Source: an uncultured Collinsella sp. (GTDB lineage: Bacteria > Actinomycetota > Coriobacteriia > Coriobacteriales > Coriobacteriaceae). Taken from it: a DNA stretch of 64,000 nt. The DNA lies in NCBI GenBank assembly GCA_905208635.1, contig CAJLPX010000006.1, positions 20,499-84,498 on the forward strand. Direction: 5' to 3'. Each line of letters begins with the position of its first letter. The first letter of the stretch is position 1. This document shows positions 53,739-62,545 of this stretch, piece by piece. The notes under the pieces are model-generated. The model did no database searches and had not been told where the DNA came from. It saw only the letters and a list, made by a program, of their open reading frames with translations. The translations under genes and the position numbers were made by a program.

Positions 53739-54752
53739 ATGCCGTATATGAAAATCAATCATGCGATTCTGCATATCCTGGACTTTGACTCTGCCGTCAA
53801 CGTTATGAGCCAGCGCGAGCTCGATATCGAGAGCCGTACCGTGCGCAACTTCGTGACCACGCATCTGCGCCGCGCACGTACCTCGGCCGACAATAAACGC
53901 GCCGCGTTTGCCGAGAACTCTGCGTTTGGCGGCGAGCTCAAGGGCTATTTCTTTGGCGAGCGCGAGTTCGTAGACCTGTCGCAGCAGATTGCGGAGTTCA
54001 TTTCCTCCGAGCTTACCAAGGCCGAAAAAGCCGAGTCCACCGATGTGCTCGTGGCCGACTTTGACGACGATGAGGATGCCCGCTGGTTTGCCGTGATGCT
54101 GCTGGGCTCCAAGCAGGCCTTTATGCACGAGGTGGGCCGCGAGGAGGGCGAGGTACGCAACGACATCGCGCGCCACTATGCTATCCTGCCGAATCCTTCC
54201 CAAAAGGTGCCAAGCTATGCCATCGTGCGTGCGAGCACCATGGAGATCGGCTATGTGGACAAGAAGCGCAAGATTGCCGGCGAAGACCGCATGCTCATTC
54301 CCGACGGTCTGCTGCAGTGCGATACGGGCATGTCGGGCAAGGAGGTCATCGACACCGTGACGCGCGTGGTCGAGGAAGTCGCCGAGGAGCACGGTGCCAA
54401 TACGGCCGTAGCGCTCGCTAAGGTTAAGGCTGCCGTTGCCGAGAAGGTTGAGGATGACGAGGAGCTGCCGCCCTGGGATATCGTCGATGAGGTCTTTGAG
54501 GACGAGCCGGTCATCAAGGAGAGCGTACGCGCGGCGCTGACCGAAGAGAAGGTGCCCGAGCGTGTGCCCGTGGAGCGCAAGCAGGTCGAGCGTGCGGCCG
54601 TGCGCAACCACAAGATTCGTACCGATACGGGCATCGAGATCAGCTTTCCGGCCGAGATGGGCTCGAACTCCGAGTACATCGAGTTCGTCAACGAGCCCAA
54701 CGGCCTCATTTCCATCGAGCTCAAAAACATCGGCAGCATCGAGAATAGATAA
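53739..54752 (+). CDS. Nucleoid-associated protein (NdpA/YejK-like family)
   Basis: The N-terminus KINHAILHILDFDSAVNVMSQRELD matches the remembered N-terminal signature of this family. An alternative start exists at 53748. Confidence 0.5.
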   Translation: MPYMKINHAILHILDFDSAVNVMSQRELDIESRTVRNFVTTHLRRARTSADNKRAAFAENSAFGGELKGYFFGEREFVDLSQQIAEFISSELTKAEKAESTDVLVADFDDDEDARWFAVMLLGSKQAFMHEVGREEGEVRNDIARHYAILPNPSQKVPSYAIVRASTMEIGYVDKKRKIAGEDRMLIPDGLLQCDTGMSGKEVIDTVTRVVEEVAEEHGANTAVALAKVKAAVAEKVEDDEELPPWDIVDEVFEDEPVIKESVRAALTEEKVPERVPVERKQVERAAVRNHKIRTDTGIEISFPAEMGSNSEYIEFVNEPNGLISIELKNIGSIENR

Positions 54753-54855
54753 ACTGCGCTTGGACGCTGCAGAAAAACAAAGGTCGAAACCCTTCGGGAC
54801 TTCGGCCTTTTTGCTTGGAGCTGAATTGAGTTGCAGACTGAGCATACGTCAGCGA

Positions 54856-54953
54856 AAACGCCCCTAGGCGAGCAAGGTGACGTGAAAGAGGAGGGAAGCG
54901 TACTTCGGTACGCGACCGACGATTGAACGTCAGATTGCCGCTTAGGGGCGTTT
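54856..54953. other. Nested hairpin structure of about 100 nt with a UUCG tetraloop (candidate small RNA or complex terminator)
   Basis: Outer helix AAACGCCCCTAGGCG/CGCTTAGGGGCGTTT (14/15). Middle helix TGACGT/ACGTCA. Inner helix GCGTAC-TTCG-GTACGC (54898-54913). Confidence 0.5.
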
Positions 54954-54996
54954 GCAGCGTCGAGCCGTTACGCGGTTTGGTAAAACCGCGTAACTT

Positions 54997-55716
54997 CTAC
55001 AGCCGGCGTAAGCCTTCCTCGAGTCCGGTCTTGCTGTCGGTCTTCTCGTCGCGCATCTTGATGACGCGGGCGGGGACGCCGGCCACGACGGCACCAGCGG
55101 GGACGTCCTCGACGCACACGGCGCCGGCGGCAACGACAGCGCCCTTGCCTACGTGCACGCCTTCCAGGACCACGGCGTTGGCGCCGATCATGACATCGTC
55201 CTCGATGATGACGGGCGTGGCGCTTGCGGGTTCAACGACGCCTGCCAACACGGTTCCAGCGCCGATGTGGCAGTTCTTGCCCACTGTGGCGCGGCCGCCC
55301 AGCACGGCGCCCATGTCGATCATGGAGCCCTCACCGATGACGGAGCCGATATTGATGATGGCACCCATCATGATGACGGCGCGATCGCCGATCTCGACGC
55401 GGCCACGGATGATCGCGCCCGGCTCGATGCGGGCGTTGATGCCCTTAAGGTCGAGCATGGGCACGGCGGAGTTGCGGCAATCGTTCTCCACATCGTAGTA
55501 ATCGATGGAATCGGCATTGGCATCAAGGATGGCTTTGAGCTCATCCCAGTCACCAAAGACGGTCTTGCCACGACGACCGCCGTAGACGTGCGCATTGCCC
55601 CACTGGACCTTCATGCCCGGCTTCTCGCGTACGTACAGTTTGACGGGCGTCTTCTTGGGCGCGGTGGCGATGTAGTTGATAATCTCCTGTGCATCCATCT
55701 CGGCTGCGTTGCTCAT
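54997..55716 (-). CDS. dapH: Tetrahydrodipicolinate N-acetyltransferase
   Basis: Collinear with remembered Bacillus DapH/YkuQ: ..PVKLYV.., ..[45 protein letters not shown]... Hexapeptide repeats are present. Confidence 0.9.
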   Translation of the reverse strand: MSNAAEMDAQEIINYIATAPKKTPVKLYVREKPGMKVQWGNAHVYGGRRGKTVFGDWDELKAILDANADSIDYYDVENDCRNSAVPMLDLKGINARIEPGAIIRGRVEIGDRAVIMMGAIINIGSVIGEGSMIDMGAVLGGRATVGKNCHIGAGTVLAGVVEPASATPVIIEDDVMIGANAVVLEGVHVGKGAVVAAGAVCVEDVPAGAVVAGVPARVIKMRDEKTDSKTGLEEGLRRL

Positions 55717-55755
55717 TTGCTGTCTCTCCTTTGGGTGGATTTGGTTGATGCCGGG

Positions 55756-56496
55756 TTAGGCAAACATGACCTGGTCAAACGTGTAGAAGCCGGGCTCGCA
55801 GGTGACGAGCTTTTGAGCGGCGGCCAGAGCGCCGTTGACAAAGATCTGACGGCTTGTGGCGCGATGCGTGAGCGTGACTTCTTCGTCCTGGCCAAAGAAA
55901 CCCACCTCGTGCACGCCGGCGACAGTGCCGCCGCGCAGCGAGTGCATGCCGATCTCCTTGGGGTCGCGCGCGCCGCACATGCCCTCGCGTCCGTAGACGG
56001 GGTGGTAGCCTGCCTCGGGCTCGGCTTCGACGACGGCGTCGAGCAGCAGCTTGGCGGTGCCGCTGGGGGCGTCGACCTTTTGGTTGTGGTGCGTCTCGAC
56101 AATCTCGCAGTCAAAGCCGGGCAGCTCACGCGTGGCCTGGGCCACTAGGTGACGCAGGGCGGCGATGCCGATAGAGTAGTTGCCCGAGTGCACGATGCGG
56201 GCATTCTGGCCCAGCTCGCGCAGGCGGTCCATCTGCTCGGGCGTATAGCCCGTGGTGCCGGAAACGAGTGCGGCGCCCGTGCGCTCGACATAGGCGACAA
56301 CGGCGTCAAAGGTCGCGACGTTCGAGAAGTCGATGATGACGTCGGCTGCCGGGGCGCTCTCGAGCTCGGACAGATCAAAACCGATCTGGGCGACGATGTC
56401 AAAAACGGCCTCTCCAGCGGCGTTGACAATACCCTCGGCGGTAGTGCGGATGAGCGAGCCCATGCGGCCCGTTCCCATAATGACGGTCTTAATCAA
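55756..56496 (-). CDS. dapB: 4-hydroxy-tetrahydrodipicolinate reductase
   Basis: MIKTVIMGTGRMGSL.., ..ETHHNQKVDAPSGTA... TTG start overlaps the upstream stop (TTGATTAA). Confidence 0.9.
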   Translation of the reverse strand: MIKTVIMGTGRMGSLIRTTAEGIVNAAGEAVFDIVAQIGFDLSELESAPAADVIIDFSNVATFDAVVAYVERTGAALVSGTTGYTPEQMDRLRELGQNARIVHSGNYSIGIAALRHLVAQATRELPGFDCEIVETHHNQKVDAPSGTAKLLLDAVVEAEPEAGYHPVYGREGMCGARDPKEIGMHSLRGGTVAGVHEVGFFGQDEEVTLTHRATSRQIFVNGALAAAQKLVTCEPGFYTFDQVMFA

Positions 56497-58798
56497 GCAG
56501 ACCAGCTCCCTTCAGAACATCGGTAAGTGCGGCACGCGTATCGTCGGCCATGGGGCACAGCGGCATGCGGTAGTTTGCTTCGATCATACCCATCTGGGCG
56601 AGCGCCTCCTTAACGGGGATGGGGTTGACCTCGCTAAAGAGGGCATTGATGAGCGGCTGGCCGGCAATCTGGATATCGCGGGCGCGCGCTACGTCGCCGT
56701 CCAGATAGGCGCGGCACATGTCATGCACGAGCTGCGGCTGCACGTCGGCCCATACGCTGATGGTGCCCGAGGCTCCCAGGCTCATGAGCGGAACGGTGAG
56801 TGCGTCCTCGCCCGAGTACATGCGGAAGTCATCGGACAGCAGGTGGGCGATCTTGGCTGCGTAAGCGACGTTGCCCGAGGCTTCTTTAATACCCATGATG
56901 TTGGGGTGCGCGGCCAAGCGCTCCACGTTGCGCACGCTGATGCCGCAGCCGCAGCGGCCGGGGATGTTGTACAGGATGCAGGGGATATCTACGGCATCGG
57001 CAACGGTCTTAAAGTGCTGGTAGATGCCCTCTTCATTAGACTTGTTGTAGTAGGGGGTAATGAGCAGCAGGCCGTCGGCGCCCAGGCCCTGATAGGTGAG
57101 CGACTTGGTGAGCATGGTCTGCGTGGAGTTGGAGCCCGAGCCGGCGATGACGGGGACGCGGCCTGCAACCTGCTTGACCACGGCGGCGACAACGGAGTTG
57201 TCCTCGTCGTCGGTCATCGTGGCGCTCTCGCCGGTGGTGCCCAGGGTGAGGATGGCGTCGGTACCGTTTTGCAGGTGGAAATCGATAAGGCGCTCGAGCG
57301 CGTCAAAGTCGACGCTGCCGTCCTTTTTAAACGGCGTGACGAGGGCGACGATTGAGCCCTCGAGATTGCGGATGTCCATGTTCTTCTCCTTCGCTTCCGC
57401 GATCTGGATGCGTTTGTTCCATTGGGCGGCGACGGCCAGGCGCTCGTCCTGAGCGCGACGACGAGCGCTTTCGGCACGCGATTTGGCCAGCAGCTCTCGG
57501 CCGCATGGCAGCACGTCGAGCGTGGCAAAATAATCGCCCGGGCGCTCGGCGCGGCGGATGAGGTCGGCCGCGCCATCGGGGCGCAGCAGGACCTCGGCGG
57601 AGCGCAGCCGTCCGTTGTAGTTGTAGCCCATGGAGTAGCCATGCGCACCGGTATCGTGGATTACAAGCAGGTCATCCATGTCGATATGCGGCAGCTCGCG
57701 ATCGATAGCGAACTTGTCGTTGTTCTCGCATAGGTTGCCCGTGATGTCATAGGTGTTCGTGACGGGCGCTGTGGCCTTGTCGGCGCCGCCCGGCTGACCC
57801 ATCACCGTGATGTGGTGGTAAGCGCCATACATGGCGGGACGAATGAGGTCGACGGCGCTGGCGTCCACGCCGATATAGTCCTTGTAGATCTGCTTCTCGT
57901 GGATGGCCTTGGTGACCAGGCAGCCGTAGGGGCCCATCATAAAGCGGCCCATCTCGGTGCAGATGGTCACATCGCCCATGCCAGCGGGAACCAGGATCTC
58001 GTCGTATGCCGCGTGCACCCCCTCGCCGATGGCGTGAATGTCGTTGGCCTGCTGCTCGGGCAGATAGGGGATGCCGACGCCGCCAGACAGATTGATGAAG
58101 GCGACGTGTGCGCCGGTCTCGCGCTCCAGGCGTACGGCAAGCTCAAAGAGGATGCGCGCGAGCTTGGGGTAGTAGTCGTTGGTGACAGTGTTGCTGGCAA
58201 GGAATGCGTGGATGCCAAAGTCCTCGGCGCCCTTGGCCTTGAGCATGCGGAAGGTCTCGAAGAGCTGCTCGGTGGTCATGCCATATTTGGAGTCGCCCGG
58301 GTTGTCCATGATGCCGTTGGAGAGCTGGAACAGGCCGCCTGGATTAAAGCGGCAGCTGACCGTCTTGGGGATGGGTCCCGCAACACGCTCAAAGAACTCG
58401 ATGTGGCTGATGTCGTCAAAGTTGACGATGGCACCCAGTTTGTCGGCGAGCTCAAAGTCGGCAGCTGGCGTATCGTTGGACGAGAACATGATGTCGTGTC
58501 CCGTGATACCCAGCGAGCGGGCGATCATGAGCTCGGTATAGCTCGAGCAATCGCAGCCGCAGCCGTATTCGTTGAGAATGGAGATGAGCGCCGGGTTGGG
58601 GTTGGCCTTGACGGCAAAGTATTCCTTAAAGCCCGGGTTCCATGCAAAGGCGTCGCGCACTTCTTGCATGTTGCGGCGGATGCCCGCCTCGTCGTATAGA
58701 TGAAACGGCGTGGGGAACTGCTCGACGATATGCTCGAGCGTCTCCTTGTCCACAAACGGCTGCTTGGCCGCATATGCCTCGTTGGGGGTCAATGCCAT
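56489..58798 (-). CDS. lysA-dapA: Single ORF encoding diaminopimelate decarboxylase (aa 1 to about 435) fused in frame to 4-hydroxy-tetrahydrodipicolinate synthase (aa 474-769)
   Basis: LysA blocks: FAVKANPNPA, ..GGVGIPY.., ..CENNDKF... DapA blocks: ALVTPF.., LGTTGES.., ..GIKEASG... There is no stop between them. An internal ATG at 57379 has AAGGAG 6 nt upstream. Confidence 0.85.
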   Translation of the reverse strand: MALTPNEAYAAKQPFVDKETLEHIVEQFPTPFHLYDEAGIRRNMQEVRDAFAWNPGFKEYFAVKANPNPALISILNEYGCGCDCSSYTELMIARSLGITGHDIMFSSNDTPAADFELADKLGAIVNFDDISHIEFFERVAGPIPKTVSCRFNPGGLFQLSNGIMDNPGDSKYGMTTEQLFETFRMLKAKGAEDFGIHAFLASNTVTNDYYPKLARILFELAVRLERETGAHVAFINLSGGVGIPYLPEQQANDIHAIGEGVHAAYDEILVPAGMGDVTICTEMGRFMMGPYGCLVTKAIHEKQIYKDYIGVDASAVDLIRPAMYGAYHHITVMGQPGGADKATAPVTNTYDITGNLCENNDKFAIDRELPHIDMDDLLVIHDTGAHGYSMGYNYNGRLRSAEVLLRPDGAADLIRRAERPGDYFATLDVLPCGRELLAKSRAESARRRAQDERLAVAAQWNKRIQIAEAKEKNMDIRNLEGSIVALVTPFKKDGSVDFDALERLIDFHLQNGTDAILTLGTTGESATMTDDEDNSVVAAVVKQVAGRVPVIAGSGSNSTQTMLTKSLTYQGLGADGLLLITPYYNKSNEEGIYQHFKTVADAVDIPCILYNIPGRCGCGISVRNVERLAAHPNIMGIKEASGNVAYAAKIAHLLSDDFRMYSGEDALTVPLMSLGASGTISVWADVQPQLVHDMCRAYLDGDVARARDIQIAGQPLINALFSEVNPIPVKEALAQMGMIEANYRMPLCPMADDTRAALTDVLKGAGLLD

Positions 58799-58884
58799 GT
58801 CCCGTAAACCTCGCTATCCAGACGGCGCCATCTGCGCATCGAATCCGCATAGCGTGGACCCAATGTCCGGATAGCGCTCCCGCA

Positions 58885-59032
58885 TTGCTGCAGACAGTCC
58901 TGTGGGTGTTTCCCACAGGCCCACCAGGTTGTTCGTGCCCGAAAAACCCAGTTCGGCGGGTTTCGCCTCCCCACGGGGTCAAAGCCTGCCGGCTCGCCCG
59001 CGGTTCTTCGTGCCCGCGCCTCTATCAAGTGG
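58885..59032 (-). promoter_or_regulatory. Lysine riboswitch (L-box) in the leader of the lysA-dapA-dapB-dapH operon
   Basis: The minus strand reads GAUAGAGGCGCG...GCGAGCC...GGGGAGGCGAAACCCGCCGAA...CCUGGUGGG(hairpin)GGACUGUCUGCAG. This carries the conserved L-box blocks AGAGGNGC, GGGGAG..CGCCGAA, CCUGG and ACUGUC. Confidence 0.75.
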
Positions 59033-59177
59033 TAACGACCCTACCACGTTGCACTTTACCAAACAAGAGTATTCGTATATAACGTTTAAAAAATGCAGGG
59101 ATATGCTGGAAATAAGGGTATGGCAATCTTGCGGCACAATAGATAGCAACCGGCGCACACCAATGAAAGGAACCTCT

Positions 59178-60365
59178 ATGACCGAGCTCCAAGAACTCCG
59201 TCGCTATCGGCGCGACTTGCACAGGATCCCGGAGCTCGACTTCGATCTTCCGCAGACTATTGCCTATATCGAGGGCGTGTTGGCGTCGCTTGCCTGCGAG
59301 GTGACCCATCCGTGCCCCAGCTGCGTCTGCGCTTTCTTTGACGCTGGCGTTGGTGCCACGCATGCCACGGCGATTCGTGCGGATATGGATGCGCTGCCCA
59401 TTGCCGAGGCGACGGGTGCGGCCTTCGCCTCGTCTCATCCCGGCAAGATGCACGCTTGCGGGCACGACGGACACATGGCCATGGCGCTCGCCGCCGCGAC
59501 GTATGTCGACCGCACGATTCGCGAGCAGCCGGGTTCACTTAAACGCAACGTGCTTTTTGTGTTCCAGCCGGCCGAGGAAACGACCGGTGGTGCCAAGACG
59601 GTATGCGAGAGTGGTGTGTTCGAGCGCTATGGGGCCGACCGCATTTTTGGCTTCCATGTGTGGCCCGATCTGTCTGCCGGCACGCTGGCGAGTTGTTCTG
59701 GTCCGCTGCTGGCGCGTTCGAGCGAGACGCATATGCATATTCACGGTACGAGTATCCATATTGCTAAGACTTATGGTGTGCCGGTTGAGGAGTCGCACGA
59801 TGCCGCGTTGGCGGCAGCGAAGTTTTTGGTTACCGAGCGCGAGCTGATGGACGAACTGGGCACCGACGAGCCCTGTATCGGCAAGTTTGGCCTGCTGCAG
59901 GCCGGTACCGTCTGCAACGCGGTGGCGGGGGAGGCCCATGTGGCCGGCAGCTTGCGTGTGTTTACGGACGGCATGTTCGACCGTGCACGCGAGGGTGTGC
60001 GCCGCGTGCTTGATGAGGCATGCACTGCAACGGGCTGCACGTACGATCTCGACTTTGCCGAGGGCTATCCGCCGGTCGACAACGACCCCGAGTTGTTTGA
60101 TCGAATCGCGCCTGCTCTGCCCGAGTTACAGCTCGTGGACGAGCCGCTGCTGATTGCCGAGGATTTCGCGTTCTATCAACGCCATCTGCCGGGCGTATTT
60201 TTCCTGCTGGGCACGGGTATGCCAGAGGGCCAAGACAACCCGAGTGATTCGGATGGCTGCCCCGCCTATGCCACAAGCGCTCTGCATACCGATAGTATGC
60301 TCTTCGACGAGGAAATCCTACTCAAAGGCCTCGATGTCTACAAACGATTGCTTTTGCTTGACTAA
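59178..60365 (+). CDS. M20-family amidohydrolase, probable N-acetyldiaminopimelate deacetylase
   Basis: ..RRDLHRIPELDF.., ..HACGHDGH.., ..FQPAEE.. M20D blocks. It is divergent from the L-box operon that contains dapH. Confidence 0.7.
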   Translation: MTELQELRRYRRDLHRIPELDFDLPQTIAYIEGVLASLACEVTHPCPSCVCAFFDAGVGATHATAIRADMDALPIAEATGAAFASSHPGKMHACGHDGHMAMALAAATYVDRTIREQPGSLKRNVLFVFQPAEETTGGAKTVCESGVFERYGADRIFGFHVWPDLSAGTLASCSGPLLARSSETHMHIHGTSIHIAKTYGVPVEESHDAALAAAKFLVTERELMDELGTDEPCIGKFGLLQAGTVCNAVAGEAHVAGSLRVFTDGMFDRAREGVRRVLDEACTATGCTYDLDFAEGYPPVDNDPELFDRIAPALPELQLVDEPLLIAEDFAFYQRHLPGVFFLLGTGMPEGQDNPSDSDGCPAYATSALHTDSMLFDEEILLKGLDVYKRLLLLD

Positions 60366-60467
60366 GGCGTGAAGGACTATTTGTTCTAGAAAATACGAAC
60401 AAACGTACGATATAATAGAGATGTAAGTCTATAGAAACGTTTGACGTTACTAACGTAAGGCGATACT

Positions 60468-60749
60468 ATGATTGCATCGTATAAAGATGAGGATACCGAA
60501 CGCTTTGCCATGGGTGTGCGGGTCAGGAAGTTCGTGCCCTTTGAGCGTGTTGCGTTGAGGAAGATTCGCCAACTGCAGGTTTGTGCTTCGCTTGATGATC
60601 TTCGCGTTCCACCGGGCAACCGCCTGGAAGCTTTGAAGGGCGATCGTGCCGGGCAATATAGCATCCGTGTTAACGAGCGCTATCGGGTCTGTTTTGAGTG
60701 GAGACAGGAGATGGCTTGGAATGTCGAAATCGTCGATTATCACAAGTGA
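60468..60749 (+). CDS. higB: HigB-type (RelE/ParE superfamily) toxin
   Basis: ..LDDLRVPPGNRLEALKGDRAGQYSIRVNERYRVCFEW....VEIVDYH matches the HigB killer-protein signature. Confidence 0.85.
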   Translation: MIASYKDEDTERFAMGVRVRKFVPFERVALRKIRQLQVCASLDDLRVPPGNRLEALKGDRAGQYSIRVNERYRVCFEWRQEMAWNVEIVDYHK

Positions 60750-61062
60750 TGAGACCTCGGCCGATTTGCTGTCGCCAGTGACTCCTGGTGAGCTTCTCAA
60801 AGAGGAGTTTCTTGTTCCCATGGGCATTTCTCAATATCGCCTTGCGAAAGAGACCGGGATTCCGGCTCAGCGTATCGGGCAGATTGTCTTGGGAAAACGT
60901 CGCGTGACGGCCGACACCGACCTCCGTCTTTGCCGTTATTTTGGCCTGACGGATGGTTATTGGCTGCGCGCTCAGATGGCGTTTGACCTTGAGGCCGAGA
61001 AAAGGCGGATCGAACCGGAACTCGATAAGATCGTTCCTGTTCAGCAGGCCATCGCACTGTAG
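60721..61062 (+). CDS. higA: HigA-type XRE-HTH antitoxin
   Basis: ..PGELLKEEFLVPMGISQYRLAKETGIPAQRIGQIVLGKRRVTADTDLRLCRYFG.. It overlaps the higB stop. Confidence 0.85.
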   Translation: MSKSSIITSDETSADLLSPVTPGELLKEEFLVPMGISQYRLAKETGIPAQRIGQIVLGKRRVTADTDLRLCRYFGLTDGYWLRAQMAFDLEAEKRRIEPELDKIVPVQQAIAL

Positions 61063-61091
61063 TGCTCAGAGATGATGGGGGTGGCGCGGCG

Positions 61092-61415
61092 ATGAAGCGA
61101 CGCCGACAGTCTGCCGTATATAGTCCGGGTGGATGCGGGTGCGGTTTGCTGCTGCTTCCGGTCATCGCTGTGAGCATTGGCGTGATGTTTGCGCTTGCTG
61201 GGCTTGCCGCGGCGGCGCTCGTGCTGTTTATCACTGCCATCGGCGTGACGATTTGGCTCTGCCGCAATCGCGAGCAACGCCGTGCCGACGGTAAAACCAA
61301 TGTCGGCTGGGTCGTCTTTCTGATCATTGCGTACCTGCTGAGTGTCAGCTACCTTGTTTTCTTTGTCCTGTTGATGATCAGTGCTTTTACCGGGGAATCC
61401 GTCACGGTGGGTTGA
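61092..61415 (+). CDS. Possible small membrane protein
   Basis: Three hydrophobic segments follow MKRRRQS. No family was recognised and the SD is weak. Confidence 0.35.
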   Translation: MKRRRQSAVYSPGGCGCGLLLLPVIAVSIGVMFALAGLAAAALVLFITAIGVTIWLCRNREQRRADGKTNVGWVVFLIIAYLLSVSYLVFFVLLMISAFTGESVTVG

Positions 61416-61578
61416 TCACTGCTGGCAGACGGTCGCGCAAAGTGCGTTTGCTCGGCGTTTGGATAACTGCATTGGCCGTTTACCGCAACCTTAGCTCTCA
61501 GCTAATGAATTCAAGTTCAATCCTTCCTACGATGTGCTGTGTGCCGGCGCGGTAGCCGGATCGTAGGAAGGATGAATA

Positions 61579-62022
61579 ATGGCAAAAGAGGGAAAGAAGC
61601 CGATCGGCAAGATTGTCCTAGGCGTCATCGTGGTGCTGGTTATCGTCGGTGCCGTGGGCTCTATGGGTGGCAATTCAACCGATTCGTCTGCGAGCGATTC
61701 GGCAAAACCTGACGAGGCGACACAGCAGGCTGAGGAGCAAAAAGAACCGCAAGAACCGTATACCATTGCTGACGAGGCTGAAGACACCTCCAATCAGTTT
61801 GCCTATAAGATCACGGGCACGCTGACCAATAACACGGACAAGGAAAAGAGCTACATTCAGATTGAGTATGTTCTGTATGATGCCGATGGCAACCAGGTTG
61901 GAACGGCTCTTGCAAACACCAATCATCTGAAGGCGGGCGGCTCCTGGAAGTTCGAGGCGCTGGGTACGGTGTCTCCCGACCAGGTTGCTAGCTGGGAGCG
62001 TTCGGACGTAAGCGGTTTCTAG
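61579..62022 (+). CDS. Membrane-anchored FxLYD-domain protein
   Basis: N-terminal TM, S/D/E-rich linker, then ..YKITGTLTNNTDKEKSYIQIEYVLYDADGNQVG.. (FxLYD pattern). Confidence 0.55.
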   Translation: MAKEGKKPIGKIVLGVIVVLVIVGAVGSMGGNSTDSSASDSAKPDEATQQAEEQKEPQEPYTIADEAEDTSNQFAYKITGTLTNNTDKEKSYIQIEYVLYDADGNQVGTALANTNHLKAGGSWKFEALGTVSPDQVASWERSDVSGF

Positions 62023-62054
62023 CATGTTGCATGCACTGGGGGAGGTGAAGTCGT

Positions 62055-62477
62055 ATGCCCGATAAAAAGCTGACGGAGGAGTTGCTCAATGAGCTTCTCG
62101 ATGCACCGAACATCGATGGCTATATCAGGGAGCACGACTTTGCCGCCCCGTCGCTTTCGGACTACCTGAAGCAGCTGCTGCAGGAAAAGGGCTTGGAGCG
62201 CTCTCGCGTGGTTCGTATGGCCGATCTCAATGAGACCTTTGGCTATCAGATCTTTACCGGTGCGCGTCACCCGAGTCGCAATAAGGTGCTGCAGATTGCC
62301 TTTGCGATGGCGCTGACGCTCAAAGAGACCAACCGTGCGCTGACGGCTGCCGGGGTGAGCGTCCTCAACTGCAAGGATCGCCGTGATGCGATTATCATCT
62401 TTTGCATCGATCGCGGGTGCAGCCTCCAAAAGGTCAACGAGGAGCTGTATCGCTTTGGCGAGGAGACGGTGAGTTAG
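62055..62477 (+). CDS. Putative HTH-domain regulator
   Basis: ..LSDYLKQLLQEKGLERSRVVRMADLNETFGYQIFTGARHPSRNKVLQIAFAMAL.. is an XRE-like HTH pattern. Confidence 0.45.
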   Translation: MPDKKLTEELLNELLDAPNIDGYIREHDFAAPSLSDYLKQLLQEKGLERSRVVRMADLNETFGYQIFTGARHPSRNKVLQIAFAMALTLKETNRALTAAGVSVLNCKDRRDAIIIFCIDRGCSLQKVNEELYRFGEETVS

Positions 62478-62545
62478 CAGCTGATATCTGAGCCGGCGGA
62501 GCTGCCGAACAACGATGCAAACGAACGGGGCGCGGATGCCATGGG

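Noticed and set aside
51389-58699. A series of long antisense ORFs opposite ldh, the NAP-like gene, dapH, dapB and lysA-dapA: 51389-52477, 53724-54845, 55153-56148, 56333-57355 and 57812-58699.
   Set aside because: In every case the opposite strand carries the conserved enzyme motifs. These frames stay open only because of GC-rich codon bias.
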